Origin: a virus
Taxonomy: Duplodnaviria > Caudoviricetes
Reading direction: 5' to 3' (one strand)
Length of the DNA stretch: 42,955 nucleotides
Virus record (IMG/VR): IMGVR_UViG_3300044475_000179
Coordinates: 1 to 42,955 of that record
Shown here: positions 7,954-17,481 of the stretch, piece after piece
How positions within the stretch are numbered: position 1 is the first letter of the stretch
Layout of the letters: every line of letters begins with the position of its first letter
The notes under the pieces: model-generated
What the model was told of the DNA's origin: nothing
The model's input: the letters and a program-made list of their open reading frames with translations, nothing else
Database searches by the model: none
Made by a program: the position numbers and the translations under genes

Positions 7954-9552
7954 ATGGCGATGCGCAACCCTTTGATCCAACAGAACCTGCTGGATAAGGC
8001 CATCACCTACCTCTCGCCGAAGCTCGGCCAGAAGCGCATGATCGCGCGCACGCAGCTCGCTCTAGCCGGCGGCTACAGCGGCGCGCGAATCGATACGTCC
8101 ACCATGGCGCGCTATATGCCCAACGCCGGCTCGCCGCTGACGGACATCATCCCTGGTTTGCGCATCTTGCGCGCGCGCAGCCGCGACCAGATGCGCAATT
8201 CGCCGATCGCGCTGGGCGCCCTGCAAACGCAGGTGAATCACGTGGTGGGCACCGGCCTGTCGTACACTCCGGCCATCAACGCCACCATACTTGGCCTGTC
8301 GGAGGAGGAGGTCGCTGCGTGGTCGGCTGACACGAAGTGGCGGTTCGATACCTGGGCGGCCAACGTGGACTGCGACCTTGGTCGCCGCCTTAATTTTTAT
8401 GGTCAACAGGATCTGACCTTCCGCTCGATGATGGAGAGCGGCGATGTTTTTGTCACCACGCCGGTTGTCCAGCGAGAAGGGCGCGCCCGTCTGGCGCTCC
8501 AGGTGATCGAGGCCGACCGTGTGTGCAACCCGAACGGCGATAGCAACACCGACACGCGGATCGACGGCATCGAGATCAACGCCGAGACCACCGAAGCTGT
8601 GGGTGTCTATGTCGCAAAGCGACACCCAGCGGATGGTCTCAGCAACAACAGCTGGACGAAGCTCGATGTTCGTGGCGCTTCCGGACGCCGCAACGTTTTG
8701 CACCTGTTCGACACCATTCGGCCTGGTCAGGTGCGCGGCGTGCCGTGGATCGCCCCAATTCTCGAACCGCTCAAGCAGCTGCAGCGCTGGAGCGACGCTG
8801 AGCTGAACGCGGCGGTTGTCAGCAGTCTGTTCGCCGTATTCATCAAGATGGATCCGGATGCGTTCGACGATATGTTCGACGAAGCCTCGCAACGCGCCAT
8901 CATTGACAAAGCCAGTAGCTGGGACGGATCGGTCGAGTCCGGTCAGGCCGTCAATTTGCTGCCCGGCGAGAGTGTCGAGGCGCCGAATCCCGGCCGCCCC
9001 AATCCCGCTTTCGACCCGTTCTGGACCGCCATGGTCCGCCAGATCGGCATGGCGCTGGAAATGCCTTTCGAGGTGCTGGTGGCTCATTTCCAGAGCAGCT
9101 ACAGTGCCGCGCGTGCCGCGCTGCTGATGGCATGGAAGGCATTCCGCCGCCGGCGCGACCGTCTGGTGACCTACCTCTGCCAACCAGTGTTCGAGCTGTG
9201 GCTCGCCGACGAGGTGGCGGCTGGCCGCATCCACGCGCCCGGCTTCTTCGCGAGTGAAGTCGTGCGTGCCGCCTGGTGCGGCGCCACATGGACTGGTGAT
9301 GGCCCAGGGAGTATCGACCCCACCAAGGAAGTAACTGCGGCCGCCGATCGCGTCGCCCTTGGCATCAGCACGAAGGATGCGGAGAGCATCGCATTCGATG
9401 GTATCCCTTGGGAGGTCAAGCACAAGCAGCGAGTTCGCGAAGTCTCGGCCGAGCAGCGCGATGGTCTAACCCCCGCACCAAAGAACACCAACGCTTCGGC
9501 TGGCGATCAGATCGAAGTGCCTACACCATCCAATCCAGGCAATAAAGAGTAG
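7954..9552 (+). CDS. Portal protein, lambda family
   Basis: LRARSRDQMRNSPIA, RPGQVRGVPW, SSYSAARAA and IDPTKE motifs; 532 aa. Confidence 0.95.
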   Translation: MAMRNPLIQQNLLDKAITYLSPKLGQKRMIARTQLALAGGYSGARIDTSTMARYMPNAGSPLTDIIPGLRILRARSRDQMRNSPIALGALQTQVNHVVGTGLSYTPAINATILGLSEEEVAAWSADTKWRFDTWAANVDCDLGRRLNFYGQQDLTFRSMMESGDVFVTTPVVQREGRARLALQVIEADRVCNPNGDSNTDTRIDGIEINAETTEAVGVYVAKRHPADGLSNNSWTKLDVRGASGRRNVLHLFDTIRPGQVRGVPWIAPILEPLKQLQRWSDAELNAAVVSSLFAVFIKMDPDAFDDMFDEASQRAIIDKASSWDGSVESGQAVNLLPGESVEAPNPGRPNPAFDPFWTAMVRQIGMALEMPFEVLVAHFQSSYSAARAALLMAWKAFRRRRDRLVTYLCQPVFELWLADEVAAGRIHAPGFFASEVVRAAWCGATWTGDGPGSIDPTKEVTAAADRVALGISTKDAESIAFDGIPWEVKHKQRVREVSAEQRDGLTPAPKNTNASAGDQIEVPTPSNPGNKE

Positions 9553-9561
9553 GGAAACGTC

Positions 9562-9957
9562 ATGCAAACCAACTTCGCAAAGAGAACATATACCACTGTT
9601 TTTCAAGACATCGGACCAATTGCGGCAACGCTGGTGGCAGGGGCGGCCGTTGCGGCGATCGTGACCCTGGATGTGACACCGCTGTCGCGTGTGTCCATTA
9701 CCGTTGGCGTATCGATCGCTGACCTAAGCGCATTTGAGATCTGGGTACGAACCGACCGTGTCGGGGCTCCTTGGCTACAGCTCGCGCTCGACCAGGCAAA
9801 AAAATGGGGCCGATCGGATGCAGGTATTGATTTGGCCAAAACACCGGCAGGTGCCAGCTGCTTCGTTTCGTTAGAAACGCAGGATTGGTGCGATGTTGAG
9901 ATTCGCGTCGCTAGTTCTGGCGCGAGTGTTCTTTCCATCACTGCGGGAGGGAAATAA
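9562..9957 (+). CDS. Hypothetical beta-rich protein
   Basis: RBS present; TAATG coupling to the next ORF; inserted between portal and protease. Confidence 0.7.
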   Translation: MQTNFAKRTYTTVFQDIGPIAATLVAGAAVAAIVTLDVTPLSRVSITVGVSIADLSAFEIWVRTDRVGAPWLQLALDQAKKWGRSDAGIDLAKTPAGASCFVSLETQDWCDVEIRVASSGASVLSITAGGK

Positions 9958-11621
9958 TGGCTATCGTTATAAACGATCCAATGCAACTGGTCATTGATCC
10001 CGCGAACGGCAACGCGATCGGCGTGGCGGGCCCGTTCGGCGGCGTGATCCCGTTTACCGGCGTTGGCAAACCAGATGCACCACAGAATGTGGTTGCTACG
10101 GCGGTGGCTGGCGGTGTCAGTGTCTCATTCGACCCGCCATCGAACTCACATGGCAGCTCTGTATTCAAATTCTGGGCAGTGCTTTCGAACGGCCGAGATG
10201 CTGCCGGTAGCGCAAGTCCGATCTTTGTTCCGAGTCCGCCTGGTGTGGCAGTTACCGCGAAAGTAAAATGTGCAAACGGCATCGGCTGGAGCGACTTCTC
10301 CGACGTGTCGAACTCGGTGACGCCAAGCGCGATGGAGTGGGCAACTCGACTATGGTCGGCTGGGGTTAGTTTCTCCGTGGCGAAGAATTTCTTTCAAACC
10401 GTTGGTACTATGGCCGATGGTGGTTTCGGCACAGTGATGATCGTGACGGAGCTGATGGGACACGCCGACATGTTCGCGCCGTTGCTGCACAACTATGCCA
10501 CCGATCAAGTGCTCAATGTTGTCAGCGTCAAGGTACATTGCCCGGCTGCACTCGGCGACCTGAAATACGATGCCGCATTCGCGGCGCTCCCTGATGCAGT
10601 TATTGATAATGGTTCCACGACAACCACCGTAGGCGTGCGCCCAACAGCTAGCTCGAACGCGCATCCGACAATCAAAGCGACGTCGCCAATCGCCATTACC
10701 ACGGTCGACCGTACCGACGTCATTGGTGGCCGCCCATTGGTAGCTTATCGCATCGTTTTCCAATTCCCAACACCGGCGACGCAGAATTTTGGCTACTGGT
10801 CTCCGATCGGCGCATTGTGGGACACTGATCCAGGCCTGCTGCGATCATGCGCGCGCGTTGGCGATTTCCGTTCGACCGCAATTGATTCAGCACCGCAGGC
10901 CCAGAGCGCTTTCCGCCAGTGCGGCTCGATTGGGTTCCGCGTCCGTTACAAGACGAAGGCAATGACCGTGGCCGCGTTCGGATCTTCGGTCACCCTGGGT
11001 AATCTGGTCTCCTTGCCCAACAAACGGTCGGCCGGCTACGTGAACCAGGCCGCCGTTGCGGTGAGTACGATGTCACGGCCCATTGAATACATGAACTGCG
11101 GTTTTGCCGGCTATCAGCTAGATAAGTCGCTTCTGGCGGCCAACGACCTGCTTCCGATGCTTAAGCCGAACCATGTGATTGTTGAAGTGGCCAACATCAA
11201 CAATTTTCCAAATACCGACACAACGGTGGCCGAGATCAATGCTGCTCGTTCGCAAGCTCAGGCCATCTTTGCACTGGCTGACAGCTACGGCGCAACGAAG
11301 GTTGCGTTTAACTCGTGGGGGCGTAATCAATCGGGATCGCCGTACACTGGCACCTACTTCACAGCTGCGGCTAGTGCGAAGCAAAACGCATATCTGGCAG
11401 AGTGGGCCAGCGCCGGCTATCGCATTCTCGATACGCGTAGCGGCATGAATACGGGCGAATCGCCGGACCGCGTGAAGATGGCTGCGCTCGGTTATGCCGC
11501 CGATTATTTGAACACTGGCGAAGCGACCACCGTCCACCAATCGGACTATGCAAATACGAATGTGATCCTGCCAGCGGCGACGGCCATGATGACCGCACTC
11601 GCTGCGGCATATGCGTTTTAG
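9957..11621 (+). CDS. FN3-like plus SGNH-hydrolase-like protein
   Basis: FN3-like signature PDAPQNVVAT...NGIGWSDFSDVSNSVTP; SGNH-like blocks AFGSSVT, NCGFAG, ANINN and VHQS. Confidence 0.65.
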   Translation: MAIVINDPMQLVIDPANGNAIGVAGPFGGVIPFTGVGKPDAPQNVVATAVAGGVSVSFDPPSNSHGSSVFKFWAVLSNGRDAAGSASPIFVPSPPGVAVTAKVKCANGIGWSDFSDVSNSVTPSAMEWATRLWSAGVSFSVAKNFFQTVGTMADGGFGTVMIVTELMGHADMFAPLLHNYATDQVLNVVSVKVHCPAALGDLKYDAAFAALPDAVIDNGSTTTTVGVRPTASSNAHPTIKATSPIAITTVDRTDVIGGRPLVAYRIVFQFPTPATQNFGYWSPIGALWDTDPGLLRSCARVGDFRSTAIDSAPQAQSAFRQCGSIGFRVRYKTKAMTVAAFGSSVTLGNLVSLPNKRSAGYVNQAAVAVSTMSRPIEYMNCGFAGYQLDKSLLAANDLLPMLKPNHVIVEVANINNFPNTDTTVAEINAARSQAQAIFALADSYGATKVAFNSWGRNQSGSPYTGTYFTAAASAKQNAYLAEWASAGYRILDTRSGMNTGESPDRVKMAALGYAADYLNTGEATTVHQSDYANTNVILPAATAMMTALAAAYAF

Positions 11622-11653
11622 TGCGCTGAACCACCATCGTGCGCTTGGGAGTC

Positions 11654-11696
11654 GTCTCAATTTGCCCTGTTTTGGGATTTGGCACATCGATAAAGT
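11654..11696 (+). promoter_or_regulatory. Putative activator-dependent late promoter 2
   Basis: Same 18-mer (11654-11671), 19-nt spacer, then TAAAGT (11691-11696). Confidence 0.65.
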
Positions 11697-11724
11697 TTAG
11701 TCTCCAACCGACTAGGCTTTTTCG

Positions 11725-13071
11725 ATGACACCGCTAGACGTTCTCAACTCGCCATGGGCCATTGTTCCAAGCAAGCTGCTTGAGATCCATGCCATCTACG
11801 ACGCCCACGCGCACGGCGAGCCGATCGATATCGAAGCTGTAGAAAAGCGCATCGGTCGCCCCCTGGCGAATGAGCAGCGGGACTACCAGGTAAGAGACGG
11901 CGTCGCTGTCATCGAGATCAACGGCGTCATCGGCAAGAAGATGAACATGTTTAGCCAGATCTCCGGCGGCGCGAGCAGCCAGCTGGCGATGCGGGCCATC
12001 GACGGTGCGCAGCGCGACAACGCCGTGCACAGCATCGTCCTGGCCTACGACAGCCCCGGCGGAACTGTTGATGGCACCGAGCTGTTTTCGAATGCCATCT
12101 TAAAGGCGCGCGGTAACAAGCCAATCGTGACGCTTGGCACTGGCACCATCGCCAGCGCGGCGTACTGGAGCGGTAGCGCCGCCGACAAGGTTTACATCGT
12201 GGACGGTACGACGGCGGTCGGCTCGATTGGCGTCGTCACCGCGCACCGTGACATCAGCGGCGCCGAGGCAGCACGCGGCATCAAGACAACCGAGCTGAGC
12301 GCCGGCAAGTACAAGCGGATCGCCAGCCAGTATGGCCCCCTGTCTGAAGAAGGTCGCGCGTCCATCCAGGACCAGCTCGACTATATGTATTCGTTGTTCG
12401 TCGGGGCGGTGGCAAAGCACCGCGCCGTTAGCGCCGACAGGGTACTGAGCGATATGGCCGACGGCCGCATCTTCACCGGCCAGCAGGCGGTGGACGCCGG
12501 TCTGGTCGACGGAATCATGACACTGGACGATTTGATCGTGCAGCTCAACCAGCAGTCCGGCCAGCGAGGCCGTGTCATCGCCCCTGGCCGCCCAGCTGCG
12601 GCCGCAACTTCCACTATCGATAAAGGTTCAAACATGGACATCACCGTTGAAGGCATCAAAGCTTCCAATCCAGACGTTGCCGCCGCGCTGGTCGCGGAAG
12701 GCGCGAAAGCTGAGCGCGAACGCATCCAGGCTGTCGAGGCGCAGACCATTCCCGGCCATGAAAGTCTGATCGCCGCCATGAAGTTCGACGGCAAGTCGAC
12801 CGGTGGCGACGCCGCGCAAGCCGTACTGGCTGCGGAGCGCAAGCAGCGCGCCGCCCACGCGACCGCCAGCGCTGCGGAGGCACCGAAACCAGTGCCGACC
12901 GTGCCGTCGACTCCGGGCGCTGAAGCAGCGGCTGATGCAGCTGCGACAGGTGCTGCAGCTGCGGACAAGGTAGATAGCCGCGAAGACCTGAATGCAAAAG
13001 CCAAGGAATACATGGCTAAACACCCCGGCACCAGCTACATCGCGGCGTACAAAGCCGTCGGTGGTAAGTAA
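11725..13071 (+). CDS. S49/SppA-type prohead protease with C-terminal scaffold region
   Basis: DSPGG, ASAAYW, GSIGV and SAGKYK motifs; Ala-rich tail with an internal M (MDITVE) that could start a nested scaffold protein. Confidence 0.92.
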   Translation: MTPLDVLNSPWAIVPSKLLEIHAIYDAHAHGEPIDIEAVEKRIGRPLANEQRDYQVRDGVAVIEINGVIGKKMNMFSQISGGASSQLAMRAIDGAQRDNAVHSIVLAYDSPGGTVDGTELFSNAILKARGNKPIVTLGTGTIASAAYWSGSAADKVYIVDGTTAVGSIGVVTAHRDISGAEAARGIKTTELSAGKYKRIASQYGPLSEEGRASIQDQLDYMYSLFVGAVAKHRAVSADRVLSDMADGRIFTGQQAVDAGLVDGIMTLDDLIVQLNQQSGQRGRVIAPGRPAAAATSTIDKGSNMDITVEGIKASNPDVAAALVAEGAKAERERIQAVEAQTIPGHESLIAAMKFDGKSTGGDAAQAVLAAERKQRAAHATASAAEAPKPVPTVPSTPGAEAAADAAATGAAAADKVDSREDLNAKAKEYMAKHPGTSYIAAYKAVGGK

Positions 13072-13106
13072 TTTCATCAACCATTTCTGAGCACAAGGAG
13101 TAGCAC

Positions 13107-13445
13107 ATGGCTGCTAGCGCAAAAAAAATCTTGACCCTGTCGGTCGTGGCCACCGCCGCGCTGGCGGCTAACCGTGCAGTGACGGGCGTCGGTGCTGTTC
13201 CGGCAGCAGGCGCTCGTATCCTCGGCGTGACCGATTTCGCGGTTGCCATTGGCGAGCGAGTTTCGGTCGGCGTTCAGGGCACTGTCGTTGCAGAGGCAGG
13301 CGCCGCGTTCGCAGCCGATGCGGCGCTGGAGGTGGATGCCCAAGGTCGTTTTATCACCCAGAGCACCGGCGTGAAGGTCGCCCGCGCTATCAGTGCCGCA
13401 ACTGCTGCCGGTAGCTTCGCCGAAGTCCTGATGATCCCGAACTAA
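13107..13445 (+). CDS. Capsid decoration/cement protein (DUF2190-like)
   Basis: AAGGAG RBS; Ala/Gly/Val-rich 112 aa; directly before the major capsid gene. Confidence 0.8.
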   Translation: MAASAKKILTLSVVATAALAANRAVTGVGAVPAAGARILGVTDFAVAIGERVSVGVQGTVVAEAGAAFAADAALEVDAQGRFITQSTGVKVARAISAATAAGSFAEVLMIPN

Positions 13446-13473
13446 TCAACAATCTCACCCCCAAGGAGCCAAA

Positions 13474-14415
13474 ATGGTCCAAATGAGCAATTCGCAAGCG
13501 CGCCTGGTCGATCCTGTAATGACCAGTGTTGCGCAGGGTTATTCCAACAACGAGCATGTCGGTGACATTCTGTTTCCGAAGGTGCCGGTCAGCGCCCGTG
13601 GCGGCAAGATCATCCAGTTCGGCAAGGAAGCATTCATGCTGTACTCGACCGGTCGTAGCCCTGGACAAGACACTAAGCGCGTCACGTTCGGTTTCGCCGG
13701 CCTGTCTTACGCGCTCGAGTCCCACAGTCTGGAAGGCGTCCTGCCTATCGAAACTTCCCAGGAAGCGATCACCACGCCGGGTATCGACATGGCGAGCGTG
13801 ACCGTCAACAATACGCAGGACATCATCGGTCTGCGCCTGGAAAAAAAGCGTGCGGACATCGCCCGCGATCCGGCGAATTACTCCGCCTCCAACAAGAAGA
13901 CGCTGTCGGGGACCTCCCAGTGGAGCGATGTCAGCGGCGTCAGCGATCCGATCGGCGACGTTGAGGCTGGCAAGGAAGCGGTCCGCAAGAAGATCGGCAA
14001 ACGTCCGAATGTGGCCGTGATCGGCGCCGCAGTTTTCGCGATGCTGAAAAAGCATCCTCAGATCCTGGACCGCATCAAATACACGGGCCGTGATGTTCCT
14101 ACCGTCGAGCTGCTCGCCAGTCTGTGGGGCCTGAAGGAAGTCCGCGTCGGCGAAGCAGTGTTTGCTGCTGACGATGGCACTTTCGCGGATATTTGGGGCA
14201 GGGACGTGGTGCTGGCCTATGTTGAAACAGCGGGCGCCAACGAGCGTGGCAAGCCTTCGTATGGCTACACCTATCAATTGAACGGCTACCCCGAAGTCGA
14301 GGAATCGTACTTCGAACGCAACATCAAGAGCTGGGTGTACCCGGTGACTGATGAAGTCGCTCCTGTCATCGTCGGTGCCGACGCAGGCTACCTGATCACC
14401 AACGCTGTTGCGTAA
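13474..14415 (+). CDS. Major capsid protein
   Basis: DPVMTSVAQGYSN, GKRPN and GADAGYLITNAV motifs; strong RBS; position. Confidence 0.9.
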   Translation: MVQMSNSQARLVDPVMTSVAQGYSNNEHVGDILFPKVPVSARGGKIIQFGKEAFMLYSTGRSPGQDTKRVTFGFAGLSYALESHSLEGVLPIETSQEAITTPGIDMASVTVNNTQDIIGLRLEKKRADIARDPANYSASNKKTLSGTSQWSDVSGVSDPIGDVEAGKEAVRKKIGKRPNVAVIGAAVFAMLKKHPQILDRIKYTGRDVPTVELLASLWGLKEVRVGEAVFAADDGTFADIWGRDVVLAYVETAGANERGKPSYGYTYQLNGYPEVEESYFERNIKSWVYPVTDEVAPVIVGADAGYLITNAVA

Positions 14416-14426
14416 CGGGGAAGCAT

Positions 14427-14735
14427 ATGAAAGTCACCATTACCTCCCCTGTACGCCACAACGGCGTTGATTTGGAAGTCGGCGAAACGGCGGATCTCGC
14501 CAAGAAGCCAGCGCTGGCTCTGCTGGATGTCGGCTCTGCCGCTTTACCCGAAGACAGCAGCGGCACGGCATCGACGCCAACGCCTGCACCGGCACCTACG
14601 CCAGCAACGACGCCAACGTCAACGCCAGCGCCGGCTCCTGAATCTGAACAAGTGACCGACCCAGCGCCGGTAACCTCGGAAGACGGCACAGGCGCAGACA
14701 GCGGCACCGCCCAAACGCAGCAGCCGGACGAGTAA
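14427..14735 (+). CDS. Small virion-associated protein with a Pro/Thr-rich tail
   Basis: PVRHNG...GETADL N-terminal domain of the kind often found after capsid genes. Confidence 0.7.
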   Translation: MKVTITSPVRHNGVDLEVGETADLAKKPALALLDVGSAALPEDSSGTASTPTPAPAPTPATTPTSTPAPAPESEQVTDPAPVTSEDGTGADSGTAQTQQPDE

Positions 14736-14739
14736 TTCC

Positions 14740-15024
14740 GTGCTGAACGACGACCTGGCCCCGTTCTTCGTCGCAGGCGAGTTCTGCGACGCGGAGGACA
14801 CCCTCGGCGGCGCGCCCGTGCTTGGCATGTATGACGCCAGCTATGTACGCACCGGCGGCGGCATGGGGATGTCCGATACGAGCCAGGTCTATCTGCTGCC
14901 GACTGCGCTTGTGCCAGACGATGTGATCGGCATGCAGCTGGTGCACAAAGGCACATCCCATTCGGTCGTCGATGTTGAACCCGATGGCACTGGTCTGTCC
15001 GTGCTGGTGCTGGGAGTGGCCTGA
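14740..15024 (+). CDS. Head-tail joining protein (gpFII-like)
   Basis: C-terminal EPDGTGLSVLVL motif; position. Confidence 0.75.
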   Translation: MLNDDLAPFFVAGEFCDAEDTLGGAPVLGMYDASYVRTGGGMGMSDTSQVYLLPTALVPDDVIGMQLVHKGTSHSVVDVEPDGTGLSVLVLGVA

Positions 15025-15458
15025 TGTCCGCCTTCAAAGAAATCACCAGTGCGATCGAAGCGCTGATGCTGGCGGAACCGCCTGTCGCAGAGCACATTTA
15101 TCGCTCCCGTGATCGTGCGGTGCCCAAAGTCATCTCTACCGCCATCAATGTCCAATGGGATGGCGGTACGCCTGACGAAGATGTCATCGCCGGCGCGCCG
15201 GTTACCTGGACATCTCGCTTCAGCATTGAGCTGTACGCCAAAACAGAATCGGCCGCGCCGGACGAGGCGGTCGATCCGCTGCTGGAGGAAGTTTATGCCC
15301 GTATGGCGGTTGATACGACGCTCGGTGGGCTTGTCGATTACATCGGCCAGCCGGCGCTCGAAGCGGAGTACGCCGCCGATGGAACCCGCACCGGATGGAT
15401 TCGCATGGTCTATCCGATTCGCCATGAAACCACCAACCTGAAACTGGAAGCCCGATGA
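15024..15458 (+). CDS. Tail terminator-like protein
   Basis: Acidic 144 aa with a DTTLGGLV motif; upstream of the tail tube gene. Confidence 0.7.
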   Translation: MSAFKEITSAIEALMLAEPPVAEHIYRSRDRAVPKVISTAINVQWDGGTPDEDVIAGAPVTWTSRFSIELYAKTESAAPDEAVDPLLEEVYARMAVDTTLGGLVDYIGQPALEAEYAADGTRTGWIRMVYPIRHETTNLKLEAR

Positions 15459-15703
15459 AAACTATTGACCAAGACGGCGCGGACAGCGGCAGCGAAGCTG
15501 CCGGCCTGGACACCGCCATCGATACCACCGGCGCCGTGGCGACGATCAGCGTCGCTGCGGCACCTGCACCTGAAACTGCGGCCGACAACATTCCAACCCC
15601 ACCAGGTGGCGGCCGCTGGCGTTGGACCGGCACCAGCTGGGAAGACCTCAACCCGAAGCCGGCTGCAGCTGCTGGCACCGATAACACCACCGCAACGGAG
15701 TAA
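15455..15703 (+). CDS. Hypothetical protein
   Basis: ATGA-coupled; PPGGGRWRW motif. Confidence 0.6.
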   Translation: MKTIDQDGADSGSEAAGLDTAIDTTGAVATISVAAAPAPETAADNIPTPPGGGRWRWTGTSWEDLNPKPAAAAGTDNTTATE

Positions 15704-15706
15704 AAC

Positions 15707-16669
15707 ATGGCAAGCCGCTATATCCGCAATACCCTGATTGCCCTGGCGCTGGAAGCAACCGCTGGCGTAGATGCGCTACCGACCGGTGCGGCCAACGCGC
15801 AGCTGATCTCCGATATGAGCATCGAACCGCTGGATGCGAAGAACATCCCGCGCGAAGTGATTCGCGGTTTCTTCGGGGGCAGTGAAGAGCTGGTGGGCGT
15901 GGCCAGTGTCAAGGTCAGCTTCACCGCCGAGCTGGCCGGCTCGGGCGCCGCCGCCACGCCGCCTGCCTGGGGCGCTGCGCTGATCGTGTGCGCATTTGCC
16001 GAAGCATCGCTGACCACGCCGGCACGCGTGGAGTACACCCCTGTTTCGACTGGCCTGAGAACCGCCACGATTTACTACTACGACGACGGCGTCCTGCACA
16101 AGCTGTTCGGCGTGATGGGTAACGTGACGATCAGCGCCAAGGCGGGCGACCGCCCAACGCTGAAATTCGACTTTGTCGGCCTGGATGGCGGTGTTGCCAC
16201 CGCGACCGATGTCGGTGTATTCACCGCCTGGAAGAAACCGGTGGCGATCACCAAAGCCAACGTTGTCGACTTCACGTTGGGCGCCACCTACGCCGCCGGC
16301 GCGCTGACCGGCGGTACGGTTTACCCAAGCACTGGCGTCGAGATCCAGGTCGGCAACTCGGTCGAATTCGATGCACTGTGCAGCGAAGAAACCGTGGATA
16401 TCACGAACCGCTCTGCGACGGGCAGCGTCGAGCTGAAGCTGACGCCTGCGCAGGAGGTGGCATTCATGGCTAGTGTCAAACAGAACCTCACTCAAAGCGC
16501 GGCATTCACCATCGGCACCGTGACCGGCGCCAAGATCATCTTGTTCATGCCATCGGTGCAGCTGCGCAAGCCGAAGAAAGTGGACCGCTCTGGCAAACGC
16601 CTGATCGGCTATGAGCTTGGCGTCTTGCCGCTGGTGGGCAACGACGACGTGCGCCTGATCTGCATTTGA
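15707..16669 (+). CDS. Major tail tube protein
   Basis: GGAG RBS; ELAGSG..ATPPAWG, ATIYYYDDG and GNDDVRL motifs; 320 aa. Confidence 0.88.
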   Translation: MASRYIRNTLIALALEATAGVDALPTGAANAQLISDMSIEPLDAKNIPREVIRGFFGGSEELVGVASVKVSFTAELAGSGAAATPPAWGAALIVCAFAEASLTTPARVEYTPVSTGLRTATIYYYDDGVLHKLFGVMGNVTISAKAGDRPTLKFDFVGLDGGVATATDVGVFTAWKKPVAITKANVVDFTLGATYAAGALTGGTVYPSTGVEIQVGNSVEFDALCSEETVDITNRSATGSVELKLTPAQEVAFMASVKQNLTQSAAFTIGTVTGAKIILFMPSVQLRKPKKVDRSGKRLIGYELGVLPLVGNDDVRLICI

Positions 16670-16699
16670 TCAATATCAACACGAAAAAAGGAAAATCAC

Positions 16700-17056
16700 A
16701 TGTCCCAATATCAACTGGCCGTCGCCGACATCCTGCAAGTGCCAATTTCGTTCCGGACCAAAGATGGCGCGAAGGTGACGACCTTCAAATTCACGCTGGA
16801 CATGCAGCGCTGCCCGGAAGAGGACTGGAATACGTCCATCACGGACGAATTCGGTACCGCCAAGCACGAGAAGATCAAAGCGAAGTTGAAGGATCTGACG
16901 ATTGGCTGGCGCGACCAGACCTTCGTGCAAGACGGCGACAAGGTGCCGGCGCCGTTTTGCCAGGAAGCCCTCGAAGTCATGTTCAGCGCCGTCGGTATTG
17001 CGGACGTGGTGCTGAAGGCATTTATGAAAGAAAACGCGGCCACCGCAAAAAACTAA
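16700..17056 (+). CDS. Tail assembly chaperone (gpG-like)
   Basis: Between tail tube and tape measure genes; ends GCA AAA AAC TAA (slippery site). Confidence 0.85.
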   Translation: MSQYQLAVADILQVPISFRTKDGAKVTTFKFTLDMQRCPEEDWNTSITDEFGTAKHEKIKAKLKDLTIGWRDQTFVQDGDKVPAPFCQEALEVMFSAVGIADVVLKAFMKENAATAKN

Positions 17057-17466
17057 AGGCGGCCGCCCAACTGCTGGCCCTCGGTCAGCTCGATATTTCG
17101 AAGCCGGCGAAAGCTGATGAGGATATTGATCCGGACGAGGACGGCAACCCGGTCGACGAGCTGGCAGCAGCATTTGCCGCATTCGGCCTTGTGCCGGAGG
17201 CCGGGGAAGTGGAGGCGGTCCTGGAGAAGGAACTGTTTTATCTGTGGCCTGAGAACCTGCCAGTCTTTAATTTCTGGCTGACCATTCAGTCTCAGTGGTT
17301 TTGGAGTGAGGGGCAACGCACCGGTTTAAACCATGCTGGTGTCGAAGTGAACCTGAAGTACGCCGGCCTGAAGCGAAAGCAGCGGGCCGAGTATTTCCAA
17401 ATGATCCGGGTGATGGAGATGGCCTGCCTTAACGCCTGGCGCGAGCAACGAGATCTAGCATTGTAG
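17047..17466 (+). CDS. gpT-like (DUF1799-like) extension reached by -1 frameshift
   Basis: A AAA AAC heptamer at 17047-17053; the -1 frame is open to 17466 with LWPEN...QW...TGLN...IRVME motifs. Confidence 0.8.
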   Translation, partial: KKLKAAAQLLALGQLDISKPAKADEDIDPDEDGNPVDELAAAFAAFGLVPEAGEVEAVLEKELFYLWPENLPVFNFWLTIQSQWFWSEGQRTGLNHAGVEVNLKYAGLKRKQRAEYFQMIRVMEMACLNAWREQRDLAL

Positions 17467-17481
17467 GAAGCACACTGGGAT

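Noticed and set aside
8062-9423. Long antisense ORFs (here, and at 17718-18926, 20770-21699 and 36925-37752)
   Set aside because: These are shadows of real genes, expected in GC-rich DNA, and carry no motifs.
14570-14640. Pro/Thr/Ala repeat tract
   Set aside because: An ordinary low-complexity linker.
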